Origin: Raillietiella orientalis
Lineage: Eukaryota
NCBI GenBank assembly: GCA_036172245.1
Contig: JAYWIR010000066.1
Coordinates: 310,001-374,000 of the forward strand
Length of the DNA stretch: 64,000 nt
Direction of reading: 5' to 3'
The notes under the pieces are model-generated. The model did no database searches, was not told the origin of the DNA, and saw only the letters and a program-made list of their open reading frames with translations. This document shows, in pieces, positions 37,450-49,399 of this stretch (position 1 is the first letter of the stretch; the number at the start of each line of letters is the position of its first letter). The position numbers were made by a program, and so were the translations under genes.

Positions 37450-37720
37450 GCGTACATACATGTGCATTACGTAATTACTGCACACTTACTGCATACACAT
37501 TACATAGACGCACACATGTGCACGTTGAGCACGCGGATGGATGTCCACATGTGCACGTCGACCGCGTGCATGGATGCACACATGTGCACGTTGATCAACT
37601 ATGCGACCACCTGCATAGACGTCCACATGTGCACGTTGACCGTGTGCATGGATGTCCACATGTGCACACTGACCGCGTTGAGTGGTTGCACATGTGTGCA
37701 CGTTGCGTACCAATTGCAAA
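37450..37720. repeat. 33-bp minisatellite (gatgtccacatgtgcacgttgaccgcgtgcatg)
   Basis: The cacatgtg core occurs at 37513, 37546, 37579, 37624, 37657 and 37689. Confidence 0.9.
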
Positions 37721-37759
37721 CAGTACGCCCACGTGAGACACATGCCCGTGTATGTTGGA

Positions 37760-38750
37760 CTTGGTTCGATGAGGATTTCCCTCAGGGGTGGCCCGTTCCC
37801 CTGCGCCGGTCTCGGCGCGACGCCCCCTCGGTGCAGGCAGCGTGACAAGGGGAGGAGTGCAGCGACAAGAGGGAGGGAGCAGCAGAGAAACGGGGCTGCC
37901 TTGACGACGGAGAGGAGGAGTGGGGTCACTGGGCTCCTGTGCGGACTTCAGCTTTCGCACGATGCGTGCGGTGACCTCCCTGGTCGCTGGTGTGACGTGA
38001 GGTCACCTCTCTGCAGCCGTGGAGATGGCCGCGCGGAGGTTCCTCCTACGTCCCCGGCGCTCGAGGGGTGGCCCCTCCGCAAAATGTGCCTCCTCGGAGC
38101 CCACGGATGCAGCGCAGGATGGCGCCTGCTGCTGCTGCTGCTGCAGCTTGCGAAGGCCCCCTCTCTGCTCAGGGAGGCATCGCTTGGGAGCGTCCTCGTT
38201 CGCAAGGGTCCACTCCCTTGCCGCAGGCGGAGTCCCTCTGTAGATGAGGGTGGACCGAGGGGACTGTGGCTCGGATGGACTTCCCTCTGCGAGGTGAGGC
38301 GAGAATGTCTGCTGCGTGGGAGGATGTTGCAAAGAAATCTCGCACGGGAACAGCTCTCGGGCCGTTACCGCCTGCAGCGACAAGGGGCGTCGAAGGGAGC
38401 CGCGGGAGGTGCTGGCGGCGGCGGCAGAATACCGCTGCTTGCCCACGGGCCATCGGGATGCGCCGGAAGCAGAGCCGCGTTGCGAGCCGACCCCGGAATC
38501 AGACAAAGTAGAGGCTCCCAGTCCCTTGTGCGCTCCTCTCGACCGGGGCAGCCGGCGTTCCAGGAGGCGGAGCAGAGGCTGGACAGATGGCAGGGAAGGG
38601 CGATGGGCTCCGTCCCTGTGCTGCGGAGGCAGGAAAGATTCGGCGCTGCCCACGGGGAAGAAATCCTCCCCTCCTTCAAGAGTGGGGCTGCTCGCTGGGA
38701 GCGCGCGACTCGACGCAAAGAACGGCTTTGCAAAGAAGAGGAACCCCATG
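37760..38750 (+). mobile_element. R1/LOA-like RT relic
   Basis: SLRGGPFP (CL..G.FP), GCSAGWRLLLLLLQLAKAP (AF..AWW..L), EGGPRGLWLG (G.PQGS.LG) and VTACSDK (AYADD-like) appear in order. Confidence 0.5.
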
Positions 38751-38794
38751 CGCGACCAGCCCTCTCCAAGGCGCTCCTGCTTTGCGCGGATGCT

Positions 38795-39045
38795 CCCAAA
38801 ATGTTCCAGAAGCTGTCGCCCAAGCGCCCCAGGTGGTGTTGCCCTATTGTTCCACAAGCTATCGCCCAAGTGTTCCATAAACTGTCGTCCAAATGTTCCA
38901 CAAGATGTCTCCCAAGCGTTCCAGATGATGTCGTTTAAATGTTCCAGATGATGTCACCCAAGTGCTCCAGATGATGTCGCCCATGTTCTCCAGAAGAGGT
39001 CGTCCATGTTTTCCAAGATCATGTCGCCCAAGTGTTCCAGAAACC
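38795..39045. repeat. ~23-bp minisatellite (cccaagtgttccagatgatgtcg), about 11 copies
   Basis: Tandem degenerate units are directly visible. Confidence 0.9.
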
Positions 39046-39699
39046 CGGAACTGTGCAAAGAAATGCTAGACGAACGTTCCGCAGCTTCCTTTTATCTTTG
39101 CGCCTCTTCGTCGCCGCTGCCGGAGGGAGGGCGTCCGCCCCGTGACGGGTGTGCAAGAGTGGCGACCGTGTTCTTTGTAGAGGCGAGCGTTCTCCCGCTG
39201 CCCCTGGATCCAGACCGCTAGCCTTTGTCCGGCTCTTGGAGTTCCCGTCCTTGGGACGAGCTTGCTTCCTGGATCTCCGCCAGTCCTGAAGACTCGTAGA
39301 GCCGGCAGACTGGCGGAGGTCTGGCGGCTCCGGCGCCGGGAGGAGGCGGCGCCTTCTCCCGGCTTCCGGACCGCCTTGAGGTCATCGTGGCCGGAGAAAG
39401 CCGTGGCGCCGCCTTGGTGGGAGGGTCGAGGCACTCTAGAAAGGAAACGCGTGGCCATCGACCCCAGAAAGGGTGCCAGTCTGGCAGGGAATGTCAGCAA
39501 GGAGCGACCGCTTCACGAAGATCGGCGTCTCGTCCGCTTCGCGCGGGAACCGGATGAGAAGGAACCTGCAGGACTGCGGTATGCTGCTGGAACGCCGCTG
39601 CGAGCGGAGACTCTTCCTCGCTCCTGGTGAGACTGGATCAATTCGGAAGCTGTTCCGCACGGGAACGCACCTCCCGCTCATCTCTCCCTCGGGAGTCTC

Positions 39700-42600
39700 C
39701 TTGCTCCCGCAGGGGAGAAGGGGGATCCGCATAAAGGCCACACGGCCCTGGGCGCGTTCATTCTCGACGGGGGGTCAGGAGGGGCGGCGGGACTCGTTTT
39801 AGACCCCTCCCGCATAGGGAAGCGCAGGAGGGAGGCGTTGGCTGCCCCGCGTCGTAGGGTCGCGGCCCAGGCGAGGGGTGGCCAAAGATCCGCTTCTTTC
39901 CAGGGGGCGAGCAGCAGGGCAGGAGTGGTGCACTTCTGAGGGAGGAAGCCCGAAGGGCTGCGAGGAGTGCGGGGCTGGCGACCCCCCATTTTCGCTCTCC
40001 TTTCCCGACGCCTCCGGCCTACGAGGCTGGAGCCGCGGGTTTCCGAGAGCGCCCTCCAGGGGTCGGGATGTTCCCCAGGAGGAAGGGCAGCAAAGCCACT
40101 TCCGCTGGTTTCCTTGTCCCGGAATACGACGCCCCCGTGAGCGGTGCGCACGCACGCGGGCTGACCTCCCCTTCCCCCTTGCGGCGCCACTAGACCTTCT
40201 CTGGTCGGCGGGAGCTGCGGCTCTCGGTCGAGAGAGGCGCGTGATCCCCGGAGGCGTGTCCCGTCCGTGATGCTGCGCGGCGCCCGCCTCCTTCGCAGCC
40301 AGCGGTCCTCAAGACGGGCGCGCCCATCCCTCCATTAACGCGCAGGGGGGAGATTCCTTTCAGGAGGCACTCGGCCGAGATGCGCCGCCGCTCTCCCTCT
40401 CCCGGGGGATGCCAGGATGGTCGAGGTTCCGCCCCGCAGGAGGAAAAAGGGGAGAGATCCTTGTCCGTCGGAGGTGCGGGAAGAGTCGTCCACGTGACGT
40501 GCGCTGCGACCCGAGGACGCACCGAAGGCGGCAGCCCTCCCCCTTCCTCTTTATCCCTCGCGCTTCGAGAACCGGGCGCTCCCGTAGCCCTACGCCGCAT
40601 ATCCAGGGTTCTCAGAGTGGATTCTAAGAAGACTCGCAGATGCGCCTCTTGGGAGCGCGGCAAGCAGCTCCTCTCCGGAGGAGGTGGCGTAGCGGTTCGT
40701 CCTCCCTTCACGCGGGTGGGGCTGCTCTTCAAATCCGCGGTACTATCCGCCCATACCCCTATCATGAGTTCAGCCCCTCGGAGGGCCGCACGCACGGACC
40801 ACAGCGGCGGCGGCGGTCACGGAAGTTCCCCCCCCCCTTCTTCCTTTCCGGATGGCTGGGCGTGTCCGTCACCCGACGAGAGTGTCTCCTCTCTGCGCTG
40901 GACTGGTTCCCGAGCCGGAGGAGAACTTCCGCCTCGTGCCCAGCGGCCCAGCGCTCGTTCACAGACAAGTGATCTAGGGCCCTCACCCCTCGCGCCCGAT
41001 AACCTACTGTTCACAGACTTCTTTTAGCGTCACCTGTTCGAGGCTGGACACGAACCTCTCCCCCCCCATGGAAGGTATCGGCGATCTCCGTGAGCAGAGT
41101 CCTCCACGCAGGAAGAAGCGAACGGCGTCCGCCTCAGAGAGCAGCGGCCGTTGACCGCGGAGTCGTCCGCCGCCTCGTCCGGTAACTGGACGACGTCCGC
41201 GCGCTCCTCTGGTCGGCCGGCACACGGACGGACTCTCGGCAAGATGGTGGCGGATCAGCCTTCCCCGAGAAGCTCAGGAAGTATAGGGTCTATCCTCCGA
41301 GCAGGTGCGCTGCTGCTCCAGATACTGCGCCAGCCTTGCCTGGTTCCCTCGAAGACGGCAGAAGGCAGACCTCCGTCCTCCCCCCCCCCCCCTGGCACAC
41401 GTGAACGAGTCAACGTCACAAGGAGGAGGGCGGGGTCAGCTGGCACGCCCGACGACGACCACCTCCTCTTGCGCTCGCGAGTTACTGGTTCCAGACAGCA
41501 TCGCGGCGGTCTTCCGCTCCTAGCCTCGAGGACGAAAGGACAGCCCGCTGCCAGATCCCGCCCAGAGACGACAGCGAAGATGGGGCGTCGCCAAGGAGAC
41601 TTCAAAGACCAGAAATGGACGACGCCGTCCACCAAGCTCCTCCAACTCACGAACGCTGGGAAGGAGCTGTTGTAGTCCGCGGGAGGCGATAGTGCGGGTG
41701 AGATGGAGGGCACCCGCTGGCGCCGTCGTCCCTGTCCTCGGGATTCGAGCCCTCGGGGGCAGAACAGCTTCCTGAGCAGGAAGTAAGAAAGCGGCGGGCA
41801 CCGGTGATCCGAGAGGCAGCACCCAGCTGCCTTCCGGCGGCTGTGCTTCTCTCTCTCCGCTCACCTCATTTACGTGGACGCCACCCCCCTTCTCTCTCGA
41901 CAGCGGTGCTTCCCCCTTCTCCCTCGCCGACCGGCTGAAGGGACCCTGGGTAGCGCTCAGAGTCGGGCGAAACTTGGCATGGAAGATGATGATTGCTGAC
42001 CCGAAGAAGCGGAATCCTTGCAACTTCACCGCGTAGGGTCCTGCTCCTCATCTCTTCGTGGGGTCGCTACTGGCCTTTAGGATGATGGAAATCCTTTTGG
42101 GTTCTTTCTTCTGTCTTCGCTGTTTTTTCCTTCCGGATTTTTTCGGGTTTTCTTTTTTTTGGTTTGCCAAGTACCTCAAGAGCCGGTCGCGTGCCTCGAG
42201 GCGCCCGTGGCTCTTGAACCCTGTTCCACGCCACCCGCGGAGGGTAAGTGTGATTCTGCAGGTTAGGAGGAACCTTACCTTACTCTTCTAAGGGAATCCC
42301 GAAGAGAACCTCTTCTTCGTTCTCTCCAGAGGGACCTCCCGAAAAAGACCTTAGCTCCCCGTTTCCTCCTCGGAAGGGCTCTCCCCGAAGGGAGCGTCGC
42401 GCTTCCTGGCACTCTGGAGCTGCACCATCCCCCGAGGGGCGCACCGACTAGCTCCAAGACAACGGCTCAATTTTCGCAGCCGGAGGGGGATCCAGAAGGG
42501 CTCCCTGGTGTTCTAAAAGGATCCTGGAGGGTGGACCTCACATACCAGAAGGCCAACGGCGTCCATCAGTGCCACCGCACCTAGCGGACAAAGGACCTCC

Positions 42601-43920
42601 TCCGAATCTATCTCTGGGCCGAAGGGGAGGTCTGAGTTCGCCTGAAGGACTTGTGTGCTCCGCGTCGGGACGGCGGGCTAGGGCCTCCCCTGACGCTGGA
42701 GCGGATGGGGCGGCAGATCCAGCTTCGGACACTCGCAACCCTGTGGAGCACCGCCTGGTGCCAACCTGCACGTCTTATCGTCCAGCAAGCCACCAGCAGC
42801 GTGGAACTCGCGTCCTTCCTCGCGTGCCGTCCATGCAGTGTCATCCACGGCGAACTGCACCTGCGGCAGGTGGCCGCGGTGGCCAGGAAGAACGGATCTT
42901 GCTCCGCCCTGCGAGCGGTAGCACCTGGTTGCAGGAAACCGTTCGCACGTGGGCGAGGATCCAGGAGCCAAGCGCGGAACTGGTGCGACGTTTCCTGTAC
43001 GCGCGCAACAACTGTACGCTTCGGGAGATCCTGGAAGATCCCGCGAAGAGGGCATGGGCAAACAGAACCACCCTTGCAATCGCGCTGCCCTCCCTCAGGG
43101 AACACCCTTACGACTAGATGGTAGAGGTTATTGTGGAAACCTCCGGAAGGAGAAAAGGACTGGGCGAGTGGACGACGGACCAGCTCAATGACGCTGCTAC
43201 CCCGATTGCTCGGCCTCGTGGACTCTTGCACTGGGGCGTGCTACTGGGACTTCCGGTGGAAGACCTGCAGTGGCTTCCGGCGCCCAGGAACACCCGCACC
43301 CTCCCCTTAAAGTGGCAGGGGTCGGCGTTGATGCTGCTACAAGTCTCCCGTGCAACGCCCGTCGGCATCACTGGACACGAGATAAGAGGGGTGGACCCGA
43401 ACCGTGCCAGGTGTGGGGAGTGGGAATTCCTCCCGTACCTCCTAGTGGACTGCGTTGCCCTCCGACCCCTTTGAAGGCGCTTTGCCGCGACCCTTGGAGC
43501 CCCTGGCGGCAACCTCAGCGACGTTTGAATGCGCCTCTTCCTGCGCGACACCCTCATCCCGGTCGCACCTTTAGCAGCAGTTTGCTGCCCACGCGGCGGG
43601 ACCGTGGCTGCATGAAGCAACAACGCCAGAGGAGGTCAGGACGACAGGAATGCCATCTTCCTTGTCGTTCTCTTCCTGAGGACAGCCAGCAAGCAGTGAT
43701 TCCTTCTCGAACCCCCTCCATTCTTTGATTGAATGTTTTTTGTTTTATTTTTTTCCTCTTGTTTGTCTCTTCTCTCCCTTTGCTGCCGAGGAGAACTTCC
43801 CTGCCTGCATGCCGGTTTCTTGCAGGTTCCTCCTCGTAGTTATGAGTAACGTGGCAGGATCAAACGTCCTACCACAGACGTTTGTTTTTTATAAGTAAAC
43901 GCCCTCAGTGACCGGGTATC
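39700..43920 (+). mobile_element. Degenerate L1/Tx1-like LINE, copy D (near full ORF2, interrupted by a SINE at ~42130-42535; 5' limit uncertain)
   Basis: FPDG (~40850), RPIT/LLFTDF (RPISLLNTDY-like, ~40990-41025), PDDDHLLLRS (YADD-like, ~41450), LTNAGKELL, KDLLRIYLWAEGEV*VRLKDLCAPRRDGGLG (~42590-42680) and DPNRARCGEWEFLPYLLVDC (~43390-43455). The terminal motif is at 43893-43918. Confidence 0.75.
42130..42535 (-). mobile_element. SINE-like family, copy 7, nested in LINE copy D
   Basis: ccacgccacccg...gtgatt resembles 13924-13950. The T-rich tail is at ~42130-42160. Confidence 0.55.
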
Positions 43921-44110
43921 AATCATTGCCACGGCACCTGAATATGCCAAACCAGCGTCATCCTGCGGGAAGAGGGTGAATGGGAACTCGAAACCCACGA
44001 CGCACCCCCCACTTCTTGGCGTGGACAGAGTCAAAGAGCTTCGTGACCTCCGCCCTGAAGAGGCGAGCGGTTCTTCAGCACTCCTTGAGAACGAAAAAAG
44101 GAAAAAAAAT
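43920..44110. mobile_element. SINE-like fragments in opposite orientations
   Basis: 43920-44005 is the family 5' body on the minus strand. 44000-44110 matches the family 3' end on the plus strand (compare 12362-12440). Confidence 0.6.
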
Positions 44111-44149
44111 CGGGAAGGAAAGTAGCAACGAAGAACTCACCCGGAATTC

Positions 44150-44810
44150 CATCGTCAAGCGTCACCACTGGACACGGAGGGGGGGGGGTCGGTAGGCGCT
44201 CGTAGTGAGATAGCGGATGCAGGAAGAGGGAGACGCTCTCGCATCTGCTGCTGGACTGTGCTGCCCTCCGACTTCTTTGGGATCGCCTCGCGACGATCCT
44301 AGGAATCCTGGCGGGCGGGCCCAGGGACATCTGCAAACTTCTCTTCGCGCGTGGTGCTTCTCTGTTGCTAGCCGCATTTCCCTCGCAGCCCTCCTCTGTC
44401 CTTGAGGGATCATGGCAGCCTGGAACGCCAGGAGAAGAGGGCCAATATGGCGGGGATGCCAACCACCGGGCGCGGATCTTGCTGAGGACCGCCTCGAGAT
44501 CGCTCTGCCAGGTCGAGACACGGACGGAACTGGCCAGCATCCTGGGCAGAATGAAGAGGACGCCGGGCAGCGTGCTGTGGCCCCCTCCCCGAGTAAGAAT
44601 TCCCCTCCCCTATGTTGTGTGGTTATTTTTGTGTGTATTTTTTGTTTTCCCCTCCCCTGCGCTGCCGAAGGGGGGACCTCGCTGGTGTGCGCACTGCTCC
44701 TCGGCAGGTTCCAAGCACGTGGTAGAACCAACGGTTCCACCATACCGATGTATTTTCATTGCTCCCTGAATGTAATGAATGCCGCCGGGGCATGACCGGG
44801 TCATCATCAT
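44150..44810 (+). mobile_element. Degenerate L1/Tx1-like LINE, copy E (3' fragment)
   Basis: GCRKRETLSHLLLDCAALRLLW (~44215-44285). 44480-44570 resembles 15810-15910. A T-rich UTR is followed by the terminal motif at 44772-44801 and then (CAT)3. Confidence 0.7.
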
Positions 44811-45107
44811 CCCAGGACTATGGCGGAGACCTCCCGAAGGAGCTGCCTCCTCTCGTTTCATCTGCAGCGCCATCGGCTTGAGAAAGGGAGGACCGGCTGC
44901 CTTTCGGACGCGCACCTCGCCCCACGCGCCCTGCGACTGCTTGGAGAATGCGTCCGGAGTTGCTGGGGAGCGCAGCCGCCCCTTCCCGAAGGCCCCCTCT
45001 CGGAAGTTTACTCATCTCACCCGAAAAGGTAGCTCCTACCTTCCTCCCTCTGTTCCTAAACAAAGGGGACATTTAGGCTGGCCGCACGAGGGGAGGGGAC
45101 ACACACA

Positions 45108-45141
<34 letters not shown>

Positions 45142-46087
45142 AAGTCACGGTTGAAAAAGACACACAAAAAAAAAAGAAAAAATGCACAGTTGGTCAATCG
45201 ATGACGAGTCTGAATCGAATGTCCGCGCGCGCCTCCTTTTCTTTCTTTCTTTTTTTCTTCCTCCTTTTCCGTTGCCCACTGCCGCCAGAAGTGTGGCCTC
45301 GCATCATCCGAATAGCGTCTCTCGCTCTCCCTCCGAAGCAAAGTCAGCTGGAGCCTCCAAGGCGAGACGGGGGAGGCGAGGGGAGGGGGGCAATGGAGCT
45401 GGACGTGGGAGCAGCGATCTCCCGGAGCGGGTTCTTCGCTTCTTCCAGATAAGCGCGCGCCTCTGTTTGCCCTCGAAGGGTTAATCCGGATCGGGCCTGC
45501 CGCACGCGCATGGAGAGGTCCTCTCGTGCGGGCGACGGGGCAGAACGCGCCCGAGTCCGCCCTCCCGAAACCCTTCCTGGAAGGCGCGCGCTGCCTCCGA
45601 GCGAGAGGCGGTGGCGCCGGCCCACGGAAACGCGCGCACGCGGCGTCCTTCCTCGCCTGCGATTGGGCGGCGGCGGCGGCTTCGCGACTACGCCGACCGA
45701 ATGACGACGACGACGACGACGACGCTTTCGGGAACGGGGGGCGCGCCTGGCCGGGAGCACGGGGAGGGGCGCGCGGCGTCTTTGCCGCCGCCAGCGGCAA
45801 CGAGCTCTCCGGACCCTGCGCACCCGTCCGAACCCCCACCCCTTCCCCTTTCCCTCCGCAGGTTTCCTGGTTTTTTTTTTTTTTTATTCCTCCGCAGAAA
45901 ACAGGAAGCGAAACGCTCGCGCGCGCGCAGTCCCCGTACCGTCCACACGCGATTGGCTTCCCTGCTTGCATACACCGTGGGCGGATTACCTGGAAGCGAG
46001 GCTTTCCCCCGAGCGTGAACACACGCGCGGGACGCGCAAATGGGTTACTCCGAATGGGAGAAGGCGAGGCGGCCCTTTTTTTTTTTT

Positions 46088-46118
<31 letters not shown>

Positions 46119-47692
46119 CTATCGAATTTCGTTTCTTAGCAGGAGAACTCGGCGTTCAACCAACCTTTAGAATTATCGACTCTCTCAGGCTGTTTGCGCA
46201 CTGCATTAAAGGCTCAACCTCCTCTGTCCAACTCAATTTTCCCTTCCTCGCTTCCCCCCCCCCCCTCTCAGGAGGTCGAGAGAGCAGTCGATTCTTTCGT
46301 TCTTTTCACGAAAAGAAAAAGAAAAAAGTAACCCTCAAAAAATAAAATAAAGTAAAAAAAAAAAAAAAAAAAAAAAAACCGGAAAAGGAACTCTGTTCCT
46401 TTGGAAGGGAACGCGCTTTTTCCTTTTTTCCAGAGCCCGGATTCGCACTTTCGACCATCTTTCCTCTCTCGCGTCAACATGCTAAAAGCTTCGCTAAAAT
46501 ACAGCTGCGGAGAGAGAGAGCCTTCCTTCCACTTCCAGAATTCCCTGCTGTCCCGACGAGATGAAATTAATTAGAAACCTTCAAAAGCTTTCAACCTCCG
46601 CTCTTATTCCGATGCAGTCCATCTCCTCCGTCAAGTTGTCCGCCGCGTGCGCTGTGAATCAGCACCTCTCGTGTTTATGATTTCGTGCTCTTTCGTAACG
46701 AGGAAAGTTAAGGACCGTCGAGGACTCCCACTACAGCGCGATGACAACGTGGAATTCTCCAGGAGAGAGATGGACGGATGCGAGCGGCGGATACATCCGA
46801 TAGGCACAAACATGTCAGTTTTCATCTCCGATCGCATTGTTCCTCTCGGACGCGTTTCCATCTCGAGCAGCTCGAAACGCGCAGATTCCTCCCGCTCAAG
46901 TAGCCTCTGTTACATGCATGGATACTCGGAAACTTTCACGATCCGCCGCCCTTCCTCGTGGAAGGTCCCCTCCCTCTCCGGCACGAGGCCCCCGTTGCCC
47001 AGGAAACCCCGGCTCCCCAAGCGTCCACGCATCCATGTTTGGCTGCAAGCGGTGCGGACTCCAAGTGGAAACCGCCCTGCGCTCGGGACGCTCCCTTAAA
47101 CGGATTATTAACGCCGAGTTTTATTTATCTTTGCTTTTTCTCCTTCTTCTTCTTCTTCTTCTTCTTCTATAATTCCCTCTCTGGTTTTTCGCGCTCTCAC
47201 CGAAGCTGGACCGTCGCCCGGTTTCACGCAGTCATTGTTGTTTTCCCGTTGCCATGTTTCACAGAGTCATTGTTGTTTTCCCGTTGTTATGGGCAACGGG
47301 AATTTTCCGCAAAACAAACTAGACCGTTTGAGCTGGCATTTCCCCCCCCCCCCCTCCCTCTCGGAACGCAAATCCAGGCTTTCCGTTTCTTTTCCTTTTT
47401 TTTTCCTTTTCCCGTTGAGCACAGAATCGAAGCAAATGAGCGGAGTTTTCATTACGTTACGCTCGTGAAAGTTCGCTCGCATCTTTCCTTTCTTTTTTCT
47501 TCTTCTTTTCCTCTTCCTTTTCTTTTTATTTGCCTTCTGCCGGCGCGTTTAGGATCTTTGAACGTCCCGAAATCTCACACACTCGCAGTTCATCGAGGTT
47601 GGTCCTTCTGCAGGAATCAGGGAGAACGGCAAATGGAGTGCCAGGTTCGTTTGGAAGTATAATAATTTTAAATAAATTATGCATTCTACCTG

Positions 47693-47744
47693 GGTGTGTG
47701 TGTGCGTGCATGCGTGCGTGCATGCCTGCATGCGTGTCTGTCTG

Positions 47745-47788
<44 letters not shown>
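47693..47788. repeat. Compound (TG)n/(TGCA)/(TA)n microsatellite
   Basis: Seen directly. Confidence 0.9.
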
Positions 47789-47790
<2 letters not shown>

Positions 47791-48989
47791 AGGGGGGATT
47801 TTTTCTTTCCTCCTTTCTCATAGTCATAGTCCTGGGCGATTAGTATCTATAAAATGACTGCGGCTCGGAAGCAGTGCTGTCAGACTTTGAACTCTGCTCC
47901 AATCCTTCAAACGCATCGATCACGCATGGGAGTGCACTGATAACATCAATCTTGAAAAAAAAAAAAAAAAAAAAAAAGCAAAAAATCACAAACATGCATG
48001 TGCAGACGACGTGTACCAAAAAACACATGGATATCGTTTCAGCACTTCAGCATAAATGGACAGACACTGAAAGCGTTCATAGATTTGATGTGTTGCTATA
48101 GGAACGCGTGTCTGCTCCCGAGTGAGTTGTCGTGTCCGTGTACGGGGAAAGTACGAGGGGCAGAACGGACACAGAGTCTGGAGAGCGGATGCATCTCGGT
48201 TGTACCTCAGCGTCCCATCAGGAGGAAATCAATTCCTCTGCCCCTCTCGTTTGTTTCTTCCGATGTACATCCATCATCTCCGGAATGAAAAATGAAGGAA
48301 GAAGGAACGCTGCCTGTGCGGTGGGTGGGCTCGAAAATTTGCAAATCTCGAGTCAGCGCACTCCCCGAATCAAAGGGGGCAGAGTAAGACAGATAAATAA
48401 AATAAAATGTACGGAGGATCTGAAACGGAAAGGAAAACGTTGGGATTCTGCAAAAAGTCTTCTCAAAAGTGAAGTTGGTGCTCACAAAAGAGCACTTTTC
48501 TGTTTACCATTCCACTTTGAGCTCCGTGCCTTTTTTTTTTTTTTCCAAATCCCTGGAATTGTTTACAGCCACCGATGTTTGCTCAATCCTTTTGGGGTGT
48601 TTTATTTTCGATGCGGTTGCGTTGTCCCGAATAGCGTCCCCCCCCCCCCCCCCTTCCTATCTCCCCTTCTTTTCGATCGCCGTTGGAACTTTTGATCTCC
48701 CCGAATGGCAGCAGCCCGGCAAAGTACAAAAAAACCAAAGGAAAAAAAAAAAAAGATACGCTGCCATTCGGCTTCCTCGGAAAACAAATATGCGTAGCAA
48801 ACAGCATCACCCGTGCCGCATGCTGTCAGTCACATTTGTGACTATTAGGAGGAGTTCCTGGAGTCTTGGAGGTGTTTCCGGGCAACGACGGAAAGATGCA
48901 TATCAGCCATCAACTGTGGAGCTTCTGAAAAGGGAAGGAGCGGGCCGGCGTCTCGTCCAGATGCTCAGACCGAAATCAGCCGGATCACC

Positions 48990-49345
48990 GTCGATCAGTA
49001 CAAAGTACGCGCACATAGACAGATACGGATGTAAATAAGGACGGATGTGTATAGATATAAATACAGGCAGGTGCAGACGCCTCATCCACGTCAACGCAGA
49101 TGGGCGCAGATGTACATCCGTACGAGTACAGATGGATGTAAATGTGTATAGTGTAAATACAGGTGGACGAAGATGTGCATAGATATAAATACAGCTCAGT
49201 GCAAATGTGTATAGGCATAAATGCAGATGGGTGCAGACGTACATCCGTATGGATGCGGATGGATGAAGATGTGTATAAGTGTAAATACAGATGGGTGCAG
49301 GAGTACATCATTGCAAATGTGGATGGATGGGTGTGTTGCGATGCA
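48990..49345. repeat. ~32-bp minisatellite (aaatacagatggatgcagatgtgtatagatat-like)
   Basis: aaat(a/g)cag recurs at ~49155, 49187 and 49219. Confidence 0.85.
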
Positions 49346-49399
49346 GTATCGATCCACACGCGCGCATACCCACGCGTGTGACGAGCGGGGTGTTCCGTT

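Noticed and set aside
41580..41630. GDFKDQKW as an endonuclease GDFN motif
   Set aside because: It lies after the YADD-like motif and before LTNAGKELL, that is, in the RT thumb region of copy D.
45000..48900. AT-richer stretch as a second gene or 3' UTR
   Set aside because: There is no convincing ORF or exon chain, only homopolymers, microsatellites and scattered homeodomain cores.
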